Assembly: GCA_032718475.1 (NCBI GenBank)
Contig: JAUCBJ010002245.1
Coordinates: 1 to 53,293, forward strand
Reading direction: 5' to 3'
DNA length: 53,293 nt
Source of the DNA: Nemertoderma westbladi
Taxonomy: Eukaryota > Animalia > Xenacoelomorpha
The notes beneath the pieces were generated by a model that worked only from the letters and a program-made list of their open reading frames with translations, was not told where the DNA came from and ran no database searches. The number at the start of each line of letters is the position of its first letter. Within the stretch, counting starts at the first letter, position 1. Shown here piece by piece: positions 1 to 12,425 of the stretch. Position numbers and translations under genes: made by a program.

Positions 1-976
1 GACCATCCAGGTGGAGAGCGCAAATGGAGCATTTGCGCCGTGCGAGCGCATGGCTGACGGCGTTGGCCATGTGGTATTGTTTTAGAATATTACAGTATTA
101 TTAATCCCATGTAAAGTTAAATGTTAAAGCCCATGTTGCTGATGGAAAATAACAAATGCCTACCTTGATTTTGTTAAGGTCAGTTTCGTTTATACTTGAA
201 GGCTTACATATATTAGTATACATGGGCATAATATTCCAAATACTTTTTGTTGCGCCTGTCGATTCGTATAAATCGACAGGCGCATAGACCCCCCCCCCCC
301 CCCCCCCCCCAATTTATATTACTTGTGTATTATTATTTGTAGAAGTAACACATAACCCTAAGCTGGTGGAAGTGGAGCTCTTTTGGAAGACACCAGAGAT
401 ACCAGAGAACATTATATAAATTATAATTAATTATTTGCACTAAAGTGAATTCTTCTTGAAATTATCTGCAAAATTTCAGAAAATCAGGTGCCAGATACAG
501 TGACCATGGTACGCGCGTGACCTGGGACCCCAATGGAAGGTTCAGAGTACTGGCCAAAACATTTTCGCATCAAATTATACCGTAAAATGTTACTGCATAT
601 CAGCAAAGTCACCTACCGGTATTTTATCAGCAAAAGATCATGTCTGACTGTGTGATTTGGGTCTGATCATATTTTCCTTTGCATGCATAAGAAGCCCTTC
701 AATGGTCACTATCCGCTACATTAATCCAATCCATATCGTCAGATAGCCAGTGTTGCTGTTATAATATTTATTTTGATTTGGTGCGATTTGGGTAATTTTA
801 GTTTTTTTGGGGTAAACAATGGTATCAATAACTTCCAGTAAAATGCCTACGTTAAGAACATTTCTAGAATTGTCAATCATCTATAGCCTACAAACTAAGG
901 GTAACTGTCAGCCAGTTACTGTACATGGGCAGATGGGTACCGGTATCATAAGTACAGGACACAGGAGTACTTGTAT

Positions 977-1750
977 ATTCCTGTATTCACAATACAGCAA
1001 TACTCAACTATATGAAGATAGGGTACGTTTTGACTAAAATTAGGCCTGTAGGCATCTGATGTAACGTTTTGACTAGGCCTATCTGCCAAAAGAACCTCCA
1101 CTATATATGCCCTACATGTAGGCCTACCATATTATTAAATTATTATTTATACTTCAAAAATTTGTGGTACGAAACACATCACACGAAATGGAATTACAAT
1201 AAAATCAGGCCATTTAAAACCATTTTCAATAAATTAATTCTGCACCTTGGAAAACAAAAAAAAATAAAAATAAAAAAAAAATAAAAAAAAATTAATAAAA
1301 AAAATAAAAAAAAATTATTCAAATTTTTTGAATTAACAAAGGTGGTCCCTGAATTAATGTATTTTCCTGTATTCACAATACAGCAATCTGCAATACTCAA
1401 CTATATGAAGATAGGGTACGTTTTGACTAAAATTAGGCCTGTAGGCATCTGATGTAACGTTTTGACTAGGCCTATCTGCCAAAAGAACCTCCACTATATA
1501 TGCCCTACATGTAGGCCTACCATATTATTAAATTATTATTTATACTTCAAAAATTTGTGGTACGAAACACATCACACGAAATGGAATTACAATAAAATCA
1601 GGCCATTTAAGACCATTTTCAATAAATTAATTCAGCACCTTGAAAAACAAAAAAAAATAAAAATAAAAAAAAATTTATAAAAAAAATAAAAAAAATAAAA
1701 TTTTTTTTTTCAAATTTGTTGAATTAACAAAGGTGGTCCCTGAATTAACG
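977..1750. repeat. 393-bp tandem duplication (2 copies) with further partial copies at ~1790-2150
   Basis: Near-identical text at an offset of 393 (the spurious ORFs at 1069 and 1462 are nearly identical). Confidence 0.85.
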
Positions 1751-2692
1751 AGTGAGGACCCAGAGTTAATAAGGATATTCCCTGGATTAATAAAAAATAA
1801 TTAATACCAAAATTACATTGATCTAATCCATATCTTCAGATAGCCCGGGTTGCTGTTATAAGATTTATTTTGATTTGGTGCGATTTGGGTAATTTTAGTT
1901 TTTTTGGGGTAAACTATGGTAAAAAAATAATTAATACCAAAATTACATTGATCTAATCCATATTGTCAGATAGCCTGGGTTGCTGTTATAAGATTTATTT
2001 TGATTTATTTATTCACAATACAGCAATACTCAACTATATGAAGATAGGGTACGTTTTGACTAAAATTTGGCTTCTGATGTAACATTTTGACTAGGCCTAT
2101 CTGCCAAAAGAACCTCCACTATATATGCCCTACATGTAGGCCTACCATACTATCTGCCTAAACAACCCCCATAACTCTGCCAAACTTGTAGGCCTACCGT
2201 ACCGTAGCAGTCTCAGAGTACACCAGGCAGTACAGACTGTGATTTAGCTAGGCCTACAGCGCTAGGCAGTAGCTACCGACACCCTGTCAGCCAGTCACTG
2301 GTATCTCATAAAGCTATAGTACATGGCAGCATGGGTATATGTTCCTAAATTCGTCATTCCGCTATTCCTGTATTCAGTCTGTTCACCCAAATTCAAAGGG
2401 GCACGTTTTGACTGACTGAGTGATCTTCCGTCTGTTGGCATCCAATTGGAATGTTTTAACTACCGGCAGACCGGTAGCGGTAGGCCTATCTGCCTAAACA
2501 ACCTCCATAACTCTGCCAAACTCGTAGAGCTACCGGTACCATAGCAGTCCCAGACTACACTGGGCACTACAGACAGACTGTGATTTAGCTAGGCCTACAG
2601 CGCTAGGTAGTAGCTAGGGACCGGCATAGGTCAGTAGTATGAACACAGTTTTTGGAGCATACTACCAACTGCCTGACTGCTGACATTTGCTG

Positions 2693-3392
2693 AACCAGGC
2701 TGACGACTCAGCTGTTTAATTAATTGCAGCCGGAGTGGATAAATTATTAATTAATTTGGGAAACTTTACTAATTAGTAAAATCGTTAATTAGTTCGATTC
2801 AAAAGATTTTAGAATAATTATCATTTGTAAAATAGTAAACCGCTTTGATACACCTTGTGAATAAGGATTTGGGGGCGGGGGGGACAAAGCCCCCCCGCCA
2901 ATTAGGTAATTAAGTAATTAGTTAATTACTAATTAACGGTAGGAGATACGGCATCGGCGCCAGAGACTTTTTTGTGTAGAATAAAATTCCGAACAACTTT
3001 GTGATGTTACGTTTTTTCATAGCTCTTAGTGTTTTCGAGTTACGACGCTAATTAGTTTTCGGCTAATTAGTACTAATTAACAGTAATAGGAGGGCCATAG
3101 CGATGACTGAACTTTTTTTAGATCTTACCGAGATGAACAAAAAAAAACACCGTTGCTAGGGGAAAAACCAAATACTTTTCGAGAAAAATCAATTAGAAAT
3201 CTTTAATCGCTAATTACTAATTAATTAATTAACAGATTTTTTCCACAAAAACTCCTAGCTATCGCGCTAGGGCCATCTACCAGATCGCGCAAACAGAATC
3301 GTTCTAGCTTTCGCCGTTCTCCTGGAAAAATCCTTTAAAGATCCACCTAAAAAAGATCAAAGCAAAATGCCTACTTCTCAAGGAGTGATACT
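2693..3392 (-). mobile_element. Non-autonomous interspersed element, possibly Helentron/DINE(HINE)-like (copy 1)
   Basis: Second copy at 6031-6730. GC hairpin ggcgggggg-acaaag-ccccccgcc near 2875-2900; imperfect subterminal inverted motifs (tgatacaccttg at ~2846, caaggagtgata at ~3379). Classification is tentative. Confidence 0.4.
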
Positions 3393-4651
3393 AGACCGTT
3401 AAATTATGAGGTTTGAAGTTGGTGTTGATGTTGGTTTCTATGTTCCGTTAAATAGGCTGCAGTATCTATACCTCATAATTCTCTGTCGAGCCTTGGGCTC
3501 TCCTGTTGCAGCCAGACCATCCAGGTGGAGAGCGCAAATGGAGCATTTGCGCCGTGCGAGTGCATGGCCGACGGCGTTGGCCATGTGGTATTGTTCTAGA
3601 ATATTACAGTATTATTAATCCCATGTAAAGTTAAAAGTTAAAGCCCATGTTGCTGATGGAAAATAACAAATGCCTACCTTGATTTTGTTAAGGTCAGTTT
3701 TGTTTATACTTGAAGTCTTACATATATTAGTATACATGGGCATAATATTCCAAATACTTTTGTTGCGCCTGTCGATTCGTATAAATCGACAGGCGCATAG
3801 ACCCCCCCAATTTATATTACTTGTGTATTATTATTTGTGGAAGTAACACATAACCCTTAGCTGGTGTAAGTGGAGCTCTTTTGGAACACACCAGAGATAC
3901 CAGAGAACATTATATAAATTATAATTCTTTGCACTAAAGTGAATTATTCTTGAAATTATGTGCAAAATTTTCAACCATGCATACGAATCAGTAGTCATCA
4001 ATAATAATATATACAGCATTCCACAACAATTAGTTATTGTAAATATACTGTATGTTAAATGAACCACACAAAATGGTATTACTATACAAGCAACTTATTT
4101 AAAACCATTTTCAATCAATTCAGCACTTTAGAAAACCTTATGATATAAAAAATATTCATTCGATTTTTTTGAGGTAATAGAGATGGTTCTGAATTAACCA
4201 GGGTGGACCCTGAGCTAACGAGGGTGGCCCTGAATTAACGTGTGAGGACCCTGAGTTAATACGAGTGTTCCCTGGATTAATAAAAAATAATTAACACCAA
4301 AACTAATAACAAATTAAACACCAAAAATACAATACCAGCAAATACAGAATACTCAAATTAACAAAAAAAACAAAAAAGTATTATTTAATAAAAAATTTAA
4401 TATTGAACTTTTAAAGCTCTACTTAATTACAAAGAAAACCCCATGAAGATGTATTCCAATTACAATTGTTCAATCCCAGTGACTTTTGGAACACACCAGA
4501 CATGTCAGAGAGCATTATAAGTGTTATTTCCTTGCACAAAAATGAATTCTTCTTGATAAATTATGTGCACAATTTTCAAACATATTCAAACAATCAAAAG
4601 TGTGGAATCGGTAGTCATACAACAAATTTGGAAACATTAATTTTTTTAGGT

Positions 4652-4683
<32 letters not shown>

Positions 4684-6030
4684 CTGCACCAACGTTTTAT
4701 AAAATAAAAATGCCCAAACTAACTGATTTCCTGTATTGGTATACTTCAACACCCTGGTTCCGACCCTGATATTTTTAAAATCTTTTGCTGCTGTCTTTTA
4801 CTTAAAATTACTAAATAAATTAGTAATACTATTTATAATAATGCTATATATATTATAAAAAATGCCCAGACCAAATTATAGCATTTATCGAGAATTTCAA
4901 TCAACCTGATTTTGAATCGGTTAATTTTATAATATTTTGTCGGTGTCTTTTAGAGTAATTAAATAAATTAAACATTAAATAACCAATCATAGACCACGTA
5001 GCAAAACCCGACAATCCAACAGCTATAAAACATCGTCAGTGAGTTAGGGCATACTCCAGAGAATATTCTTAGCTTTCAAACTTCATCCCAAAGTGAAGCA
5101 AACTCGAGTTATCGTCGTTCAAAGCATTAGCCAATCAGGCGCCGTATCTGATGACCACGGTATGGGGGTGACTTGGGACCTCAACGCGAGATTCAGAACA
5201 CCATCCAAAACATATTCGCATAAAATCTTATCACTAATTGTCAAGGCCTAGGTAAGTTTTCAGCGTTTGAATATTTGAGCCAATCAGGTGCCAGATACAG
5301 TGACCACGGTACGCGCATGACCTGAGACCCCAATGGAAGGTTCAGAGTACTGGCCAAAACATTTTCGCATCAAATTGTACCGTAAAATGTTACTGCATAT
5401 CAGCAAAGTCACCTACCGGTATTTGATCAGCAAAAGATCAGGTCTGACTGTGTGATTTGGGTCTGATCATATTTTCCTTTGCATGCATAAGAAGCCCTTC
5501 AATGGTCACTATCCGCTACATTGATCTAATCCATATCGTCAGATAGCCCGTGTTGCTGTTATAAGATTTATTTTGATTTGGTGCGATTTGGGTAATTTTA
5601 GTTTTTTTGGGGTAAACTATGGTATTAATAACTTCCAGTAAAATCCCAACGTTAAGAACATTGCTAGAAACGTCAATCATCTATAGCCTACAAACTAAGG
5701 GTAACTATCAGCCAGTTACTGTACATGGGCAGATGGGTATACTAAGTACAGGAGTACCCAGTACTTGGATATTCCTGTATTGACAATACTCAACTATATG
5801 AAGATAGGGTACGTTTTGACTAAAATACGGCATCTGATGTAACGTTTTGACTAGGCCTATCTGCCAAAAGAACCTCCACTAAATATGCCATACATGTAGG
5901 CCTACCATACCTGCACCGGTGCTCACTACAGACTGTGGAGATAGCTACCGGCAAGAGGTGCTTGGTATATAGTTTTAGTCAGTAATGGCATACAGCAACT
6001 ACTGACTTTATGATTTCATCAAGTTCATCA

Positions 6031-6730
6031 AACCAGGCTGACGACTCAGCTGTTTAATTAATTGCAGCCGGATTGGATAAATTATTAATTAATTTGGAAA
6101 ACTTTACTAATTAGTAAAATCGTTAATTAGTTCGATTCAAAAGATTTTAGAATAATTATCATTTGTAAAATAGTAAACCGCTTTGATACACCTTGTGAAT
6201 AAGGATTTGGGGGCGGGGGGGACAAAGCCCCCCCGCCAATTAGGTAATTAAGTAATTAGTTAATTACTAATTAACGGTAGGAGATACGGCATCGGCGCCA
6301 GAGACTTTTTTGTGTAGAATAAAATTCCGAACAACTTTGTGATGTTACGTTTTTTCATAGCTCTTAGTGTTTTCGAGTTACGACGCTAATTAGTTTTCGG
6401 CTAATTAGTACTAATTAACAGTAATAGGAGGGCCATAGCGATGACTGAACTTTTTTTAGATCTTACCGAGATGAACAAAAAAAAACACCGTTGCTAGGGG
6501 AAAAATCAAATACTTTTCGAGAAAAATCAATTAGAAATCTTTAATCACTAATTACTAATTAATTAATTAACAGATTTTTTCCACAAAAACTCCTAGCTAG
6601 CGCGCTAGGGCCATCTACCAGATCGCGCAAACAGAATCGTTCTAGCTTTCGCCGTTCTCCTGGAAAAATCCTTTAAAGATCCACCTAAAAAAAGATCAAA
6701 GCAAAATGCCTACTTGATAAGGAGTGATAC
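6031..6730 (-). mobile_element. Non-autonomous interspersed element, possibly Helentron/DINE(HINE)-like (copy 2)
   Basis: Near-identical to 2693-3392. Confidence 0.4.
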
Positions 6731-6863
6731 TAGACCGTTAAATTATGAGGTTTGAAGTTGGTGTTGATGTTGGTTTCTATGTTCCGTTAAATAGGCTGCA
6801 GTATCTATACCTCATAATTCTCTGTCGAGCCTTGGGCTCTCCTGTTGCAGCCGAACCATCCAG

Positions 6864-7305
6864 TTAGTGCGCAGTCACCACGATAAGAGAAACGTCGCCA
6901 GTCGACACAACCCCCATTGGTGAAAGTAAAAATTTAAATTTACCATAGGGAGTAATGAAAGTTGTCAAAGTTTGAGAATCAACATGTAGTGGCATTTGCC
7001 AATATCCGCTGACGAAATCGTGTTTAGCAAAATAACAATCGGTTTGTTTAAAACCACCAACTGCTTCTGCTGGTGTTTTAGTTGGGTATGAAGTGGGCTC
7101 AACTTGGGTGTTTAATTTTGTAAGATCGATACAAATTCTTATCTCCCCCCCCCCTGCTTTTGGAACCACAACTAGTGGGTGGCACCAAGGTGTAAGGTAT
7201 ATCACCAACTGGTTGAATAATTTATTTGTCTACAATCTCGTCCAATATAGTTTTCACTTATCTTGTAAAGCATATGGTATGCTGCGTCGGGGGCGTGGAC
7301 TTTCG
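6864..7305 (-). pseudogene. Ty3/Gypsy reverse transcriptase N-terminal fragment
   Basis: Motifs PWCHPLVVVPK...EIRICIDLTKLN...YFAKHDFVSGYWQMPL...TTFITPYGKFKF..PMG, with an upstream PRPRRSIPYAL segment broken by stops and frameshifts. Truncated before YxDD and joined directly to the duplicated unit at 6863. Confidence 0.9.
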
Positions 7306-8277
7306 ACGCAATCAAAATTACTATGTCTCCAAGCGGCCAGGGGAAAGTCGACGCAAATAACGCCTGATTACTCCCAAAAATAACAGTGTAACCGGATTTA
7401 TTACGACAGAATATTAAATAAAATAAATAAAAATTATTGCGACAAAGTACCGTATACCCCGTGTTTTCATAATTAACTGATTTCTGGGATTAAAATCCCC
7501 CTTACAGCTGTCACACTTCTTTGCCTTTGATTCCTTGGCGCAAATGATTTCTACTTGTTAGTCAACTTCAATTGATGACTGATTAAGGTTCGATTGTAAT
7601 GTTCTGGAAATATCTTGGTCCGGTATGTTATCGGCAACTAGTACTTGACATGACACACACACTGCACTACTGCACACGGCTGTACATACACTGTACTGCT
7701 GTATGCAGACAGATACGTACTAAAAGGTAGAACGATCTATAACGGGCTATCACTTCCTTATAACGAGCTATAATCTGAAAATTTACAATAAAAAAACATA
7801 TTTTAGAATGGATTTATTTTCCTAGTCAGTAATTTAGTCAGTTTGTTTTTTAGTTCATAATGCTTTTCATCTTTGTGGTATCACGAAATCAGTCATTACT
7901 GCATTTAGTCAGCATACCACTACTGCATTATCTGACTAGACTACAGGACTATCAGACAGTGCAGAAGTCGAGAGGTCTCCCATCTATCTGTACAATATAT
8001 CAACGAGTCTGCCTGTGCGTTGCCAACACTACAGCACAGCTGATCAATAACCAGTATTTCATGTATTTGTAGGCCTAACTTCTCCTGTTCTCTGCTTGTT
8101 GAGCCATATCGGCGCTACAGAAATGGAATGCCATAGAACGCAACAGAATGTACAAGCCAATGGAATTAGAGTGGAATGTATAAACCAATCTTAGGTTGTT
8201 GCGCTGTTGCGCCAATGTTGTTCATTGGTTATAGGGCTGTTGTGCTGTTGCGCCGTTGCGTGTTTTCCAGGAAGCCT

Positions 8278-8536
8278 TTTATATCCTTATGTATAGAGTC
8301 GACATGTTTTTTTATGTCGTGTTTGTAACGGAATTCTTTATTACAATAACCGCACTTATATTTGATATCTTTATGTATAGAGTCGACATGTTGTTTTAGA
8401 CAGTCTTTTCTAGCAAATGATTTTCAACAATGAAAATAGTTGTACTTGATATCTTTATGAAAGTAGTTCACATGGGTGTTTAGGTAGCTTTGCTGACTGA
8501 ATTCTTTATGACAATAACCGCACTTACGTTTGATAC
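8278..8536 (-). pseudogene. Three-finger fragment of the same C2H2 zinc-finger family
   Basis: Manual translation: IKRKCGYCHKEFSQQSYLNTHVNYFHKDIKYNYFHC*KSFARKDCLKQHVDSIHKDIKYKCGYCNKEFRYKHDIKKHVDSIHKDIK. One TGA stop and one lost Cys; absent from the ORF track. Confidence 0.9.
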
Positions 8537-8685
8537 TACAGTATTGTATAGTCAAAAAGACCTAGTCTACCAACAGTCAAAGAAAGGCTTCAAAAAAATG
8601 TCCGATTATCTAAATAGGATTCCTTAAATTCTAAAAGATCTAAATAATATCAGCAGATAGACGCAACTAAGGAAATTACGTCATT

Positions 8686-9080
8686 CTGTGGGGCGAGCCA
8701 CGAAGTGAGCGAAGCCTTAGCATATGGGTACCATTAACGAGTTGTCTGTCATCGTCGTCGTCGTAAATTTTTGATCACTAATAACTCAGTCATTCCTTGA
8801 TGAATTTAAACGAAACTTGGTACGTATGTAGTCCGGCGAAAGTTTAGAAAGAATCTTAGAAAGAAAGAGAATATAAATAATTTTTTGGTAAAAAAAAACG
8901 AACGAACGCAACGAGTTTACAGTGGATACGAGTATCCATCTGCCATAAATCAGCGGTTACTCTCACAGTTTCGAGACTTTGCATAGTTATAAAGGTCGCT
9001 ATTCTCCTTTTAGGAAAATTATTTTAAGACAAAACAGAACGAGCGCAACGCGGCTAATGAAGGAGAAGAGTATTGTAAAA
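8686..9080 (+). mobile_element. Dispersed non-autonomous element (DINE/Helentron-like 5' part), copy 1
   Basis: ctgtggggcgagccacgaagtgagcgaagcc... is repeated at 16012-16382; it contains a short gtc microsatellite and aaacttggtacgtatg. A similar head occurs at ~19944. Confidence 0.6.
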
Positions 9081-9701
9081 CCAAAAATGTCATTCTTAAC
9101 TTAAATAGAACTAGTTAGAAGGTATACAAATGACAGTTAAAGTGTGTAAGGGCAAACTGAAATGGATATCTGTCTTTACAACTAGTTTATCACAAACTGA
9201 TAGCATGCCTTCACTCATATAAATTTTGTGAATGACTGTTTTCTTATATCTAATAGAGATTAGTATAATGTACTTTCTAATATAGGCTCTCGTGCTGCGC
9301 GAAGGCCCCACGAACGTGCACCACTCTGCAGTAAGCCCACCGAACTAATACAGTTGTTAACACAGTATTCAGGTATTACGGAATCCGGGAAGAACGGCAA
9401 GGATGTTTATCTGATCGCTTCTAAAATTCCAAAATAACCTGCCAGCGGCTATAAGCATTTTAAAATCATTATTAGTTTGCTAAACCGACCCAAGTCAACA
9501 CACTGAGGATTAAGTTGCGACAGATTGTTATTTGGTGTTATGTTGCGACAGACTACTGTTAATCGATGACAGCGACTGCGCAACTGTACCGGTCACGGCC
9601 AGTGGTACAGGTCTGTAGGCCTACCCTCAACCGGTAACGGATAGGTGGCTTTGGGAACGAATGTGATCAAATACATTTCCGTGGATCTAAGACGTTTGTT
9701 T

Positions 9702-9772
9702 CGTTCCGGGACTTTTCTTCCCCGGACTTTTCGTCCTGGACTTTTCGTTCCGGTATTTTCGTCCCAGACTTT
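9702..9772 (+). repeat. 15-bp minisatellite (ggacttttcgtcc..), about 4-5 copies
   Basis: Direct repeats are visible; probably the subterminal repeats of a MITE. Confidence 0.7.
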
Positions 9773-9919
9773 CAAAAAATACAAGCTAGTAAAAAAACAC
9801 TGGCTACTGTACAATAAAAAAATATATCCAGGGGCCTACAAATGTTCTAGAACTCTTACCAATAACAAATATAAAAAACCATATTTTAAAAATTTCAAAA
9901 AGTACTACATAGCTAGTAA

Positions 9920-10560
9920 CTAGAAAGCCAGCAAGCTGGCTATAAGAAGACTGTCTATAAGACAACAAAACCGAAAAACTAAATGATAATCTAATCCCCA
10001 ATCAAATATCAATCGCAATCAATATGTAAACCCCTCCCACCCTCCATGCAGCATTGGAGAAAGCAGCATTAATGCCATGACCAGTTCGGAGTTCTCAATA
10101 GACAACCCACCTCCAACCATTGGATTTACTGAGACACATTCAACACTCCGGCCAGCTTGCTACCTGTCTTCCCAGTTAACCGGAGTTAAATAATTATACA
10201 ACGTTGCTATGATACAGAGAAAATCCTTCCCTATTCGCTACCATAGGCAAAGTTCAGGCTGCGTGAGGGAATATTACATATTTATACACTATTTTATTTT
10301 CAATCAATAAATAATCATACATCTTTATATAAACACTCGAATATAACAAAAACTTTGTGAGAATGGGACACGGCGAATCGACCTGCGCTATTTTTATTCA
10401 ACATGAGCTTAATTTTACCCGCTAAATAATTAATAACCGAAATAAGAACCCAAATAATCGATACATTTCTTTGTATAGTTGGCCATGAAGTAGAGCACTT
10501 CTTACCCTTCCAAGCCAATATCAATGTGCACAAACAAACATACATACAGACAAACACACA
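9920..10560 (-). mobile_element. Non-autonomous Helitron related to the 37-53 kb array
   Basis: 10030-10460 is a diverged reverse complement of ~37560-37990 (gattcgccgtgtcccattctcacaaag...). A GTYT-type microsatellite lies at 10530-10560. The minus-strand 3' end is the hairpin agccagc-tt-gctggct followed by ttCTAG|T at 9920. Confidence 0.85.
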
Positions 10561-10805
10561 GCTTGAACCACTCAAATTATTGAAAAGTTATGTCTCTGTT
10601 CTAGGGGATGTCGGTGAAATAAACCTAGTAATGACTGTAGTCAATTAAAAATTAACAATCACCTATTTATTTTATATTTAATTCATTCTAAAAGAAACAT
10701 ATTTCCAATAATGACCAGAAACAAAAATATAGTTCAGTATAATACGACAATTTTGTTACGGGCAACTTTAAGACTTATGAACAGAATTGTGTTATTGTTA
10801 TTTTG

Positions 10806-12425
10806 TTACCGGTAACTTGAGAAGAGACAAGATTTATGAACAGAATTGACATGGGTGTTTAGGTAGGCTTGCCGACTGAATTCTTTATGACAATAATCGC
10901 ACTTATATTTGATATCTTTATGTATAGAGTCGATATGTTGTTTTAGTGCGGCTTTTCTAGCAAATGATTTTACACAATCGAAACAGTTGTACTTGATATC
11001 TTTATGAAAGTAGTTCACATGGTTGTTTAGATTCTTTTGCAGGCTGAATTCTTTATTACAATAATCGCACTTATGTTTGATATCCTTATGTATAGAGTCG
11101 ACATGTAGTTTTATGTCGTGTTTGTAACTGAATTCTTTATTACAATAATCACACTTGTGTTTGATATCTTTATGTATAGAATCGACATGTAGTTTTAGTG
11201 CGGCTTTTGTACTAAATGATTTTCCACAATCAAAACAGTTGTACTTGATATCTTTATGTATAGAATCGACATGTAGTTTTAGTGCGGCTTTTGTACTAAA
11301 TGATTTTCCACAATCAAAACAGTTGTACTTGATATCTTTATGAAAGTAGTTCACATGGGTGTTTAGATTCCTTTGTTGGCTGAATTCTTTAGGACAATAA
11401 CCGCACCTATATTTGATATCTTTATGTATTGAGTCGACATGTCGTTTTAGATCGGCTTTTGTAGCAAATGATTTTCCACAATCAGAACATTTGTACTTGA
11501 TATCTTTATGAAAGTAGTTCACATGGGTGTTTAGATTCTTTTGCAGGCTGAATTCTTTATTACAATGACCGCACATATGTTTGATATCATTATGTTGTAT
11601 AGAGTGTATAGAATCGAAATGTAGTTTTAGTGCGGCTTTTGTACTAAATGATTTTCCACAATCAAAACAGTTGTACTTGATATCTTTATGTATAGAGTCA
11701 ACATGTCGTTTTAGTTCGCCTTTTCTAGCAAATGATTTTCCACAATCGGAGCAACTGTACTTGATTATACCTTTGTGGGCAAAGTTAATGCGGGTGTTTA
11801 GACTCCTTTGCAGGCTGAATTCTTTATGACAATAACTGGAATTATATTTCATACCTTTATGGATAGAGTCAACATGCCTCTTTAAAGCACTATTCCATTT
11901 AAACAGTTTCTCACAATAATCGCATTTATACTTATTCTCTACGTCTTTATGAACGGATTCTATATGTCTCTCTAAAATTTCTTTGTTATTAAATAATTCA
12001 TTGCAATGCAAACAGGAACTGGTATCTGAAGAAGATACCAACTCCACAACAGTTTCATTAGAACTACCGGACGCTGTTGTTGCACAACTGATTGTTGGTT
12101 CTGTACCTTCAGTTTCAATAGGCCTACCATACGAACAGTCGGGACTATCGTTTTCCCGTTTTTCAACAATAAAAGAATCTCCAGATTGTTTATAAGAAAT
12201 ATCTTCGTCATCTAGTACAGGGACAACATTTACTCTACCGAACAAATTGTTGTGAACTTCGATGGGAGATGATCCGTAAACGCAGTTTTCTTGTTTAACA
12301 TCAAGAGAATAGGGGGTGGAGTCTGTTGGTTCTTTCTTTATAATTATACAGTCTGTTTGTTCTCTCTTTATAACTATATCGGCGCCAGATGATTCCTTTT
12401 TCAATAAATTAATATGTTGATCCAT
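10806..12425 (-). CDS. Tandem C2H2 zinc-finger protein, paralog 1 (539 aa from the first ATG; 14 fingers, 1 degenerate)
   Basis: Open frame with 28-aa CX2CX12HX4H repeats and KDIKY/H linkers; acidic N-terminus with IKRE/IKKE/VKQE. The ORF-track start at 12431 is TTG; the ATG (MDQ) is at 12425. Confidence 0.9.
   Translation of the reverse strand: MDQHINLLKKESSGADIVIKREQTDCIIIKKEPTDSTPYSLDVKQENCVYGSSPIEVHNNLFGRVNVVPVLDDEDISYKQSGDSFIVEKRENDSPDCSYGRPIETEGTEPTISCATTASGSSNETVVELVSSSDTSSCLHCNELFNNKEILERHIESVHKDVENKYKCDYCEKLFKWNSALKRHVDSIHKGMKYNSSYCHKEFSLQRSLNTRINFAHKGIIKYSCSDCGKSFARKGELKRHVDSIHKDIKYNCFDCGKSFSTKAALKLHFDSIHSIQHNDIKHMCGHCNKEFSLQKNLNTHVNYFHKDIKYKCSDCGKSFATKADLKRHVDSIHKDIKYRCGYCPKEFSQQRNLNTHVNYFHKDIKYNCFDCGKSFSTKAALKLHVDSIHKDIKYNCFDCGKSFSTKAALKLHVDSIHKDIKHKCDYCNKEFSYKHDIKLHVDSIHKDIKHKCDYCNKEFSLQKNLNNHVNYFHKDIKYNCFDCVKSFARKAALKQHIDSIHKDIKYKCDYCHKEFSRQAYLNTHVNSVHKSCLFSSYR

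Larger units (their letters stand above)
1..6863. repeat. Mosaic local segmental duplication (~3.3-3.5 kb offsets)
   Basis: 1-~470 matches 3515-~3975; ~482-1130 matches ~5282-5910; 2693-3524 matches 6031-6863 almost perfectly. Confidence 0.85.

Noticed and set aside
819-4702. Short ORFs in the duplicated AT-rich region
   Set aside because: Low complexity, frames are not preserved between duplicated copies, and no domains are recognisable.
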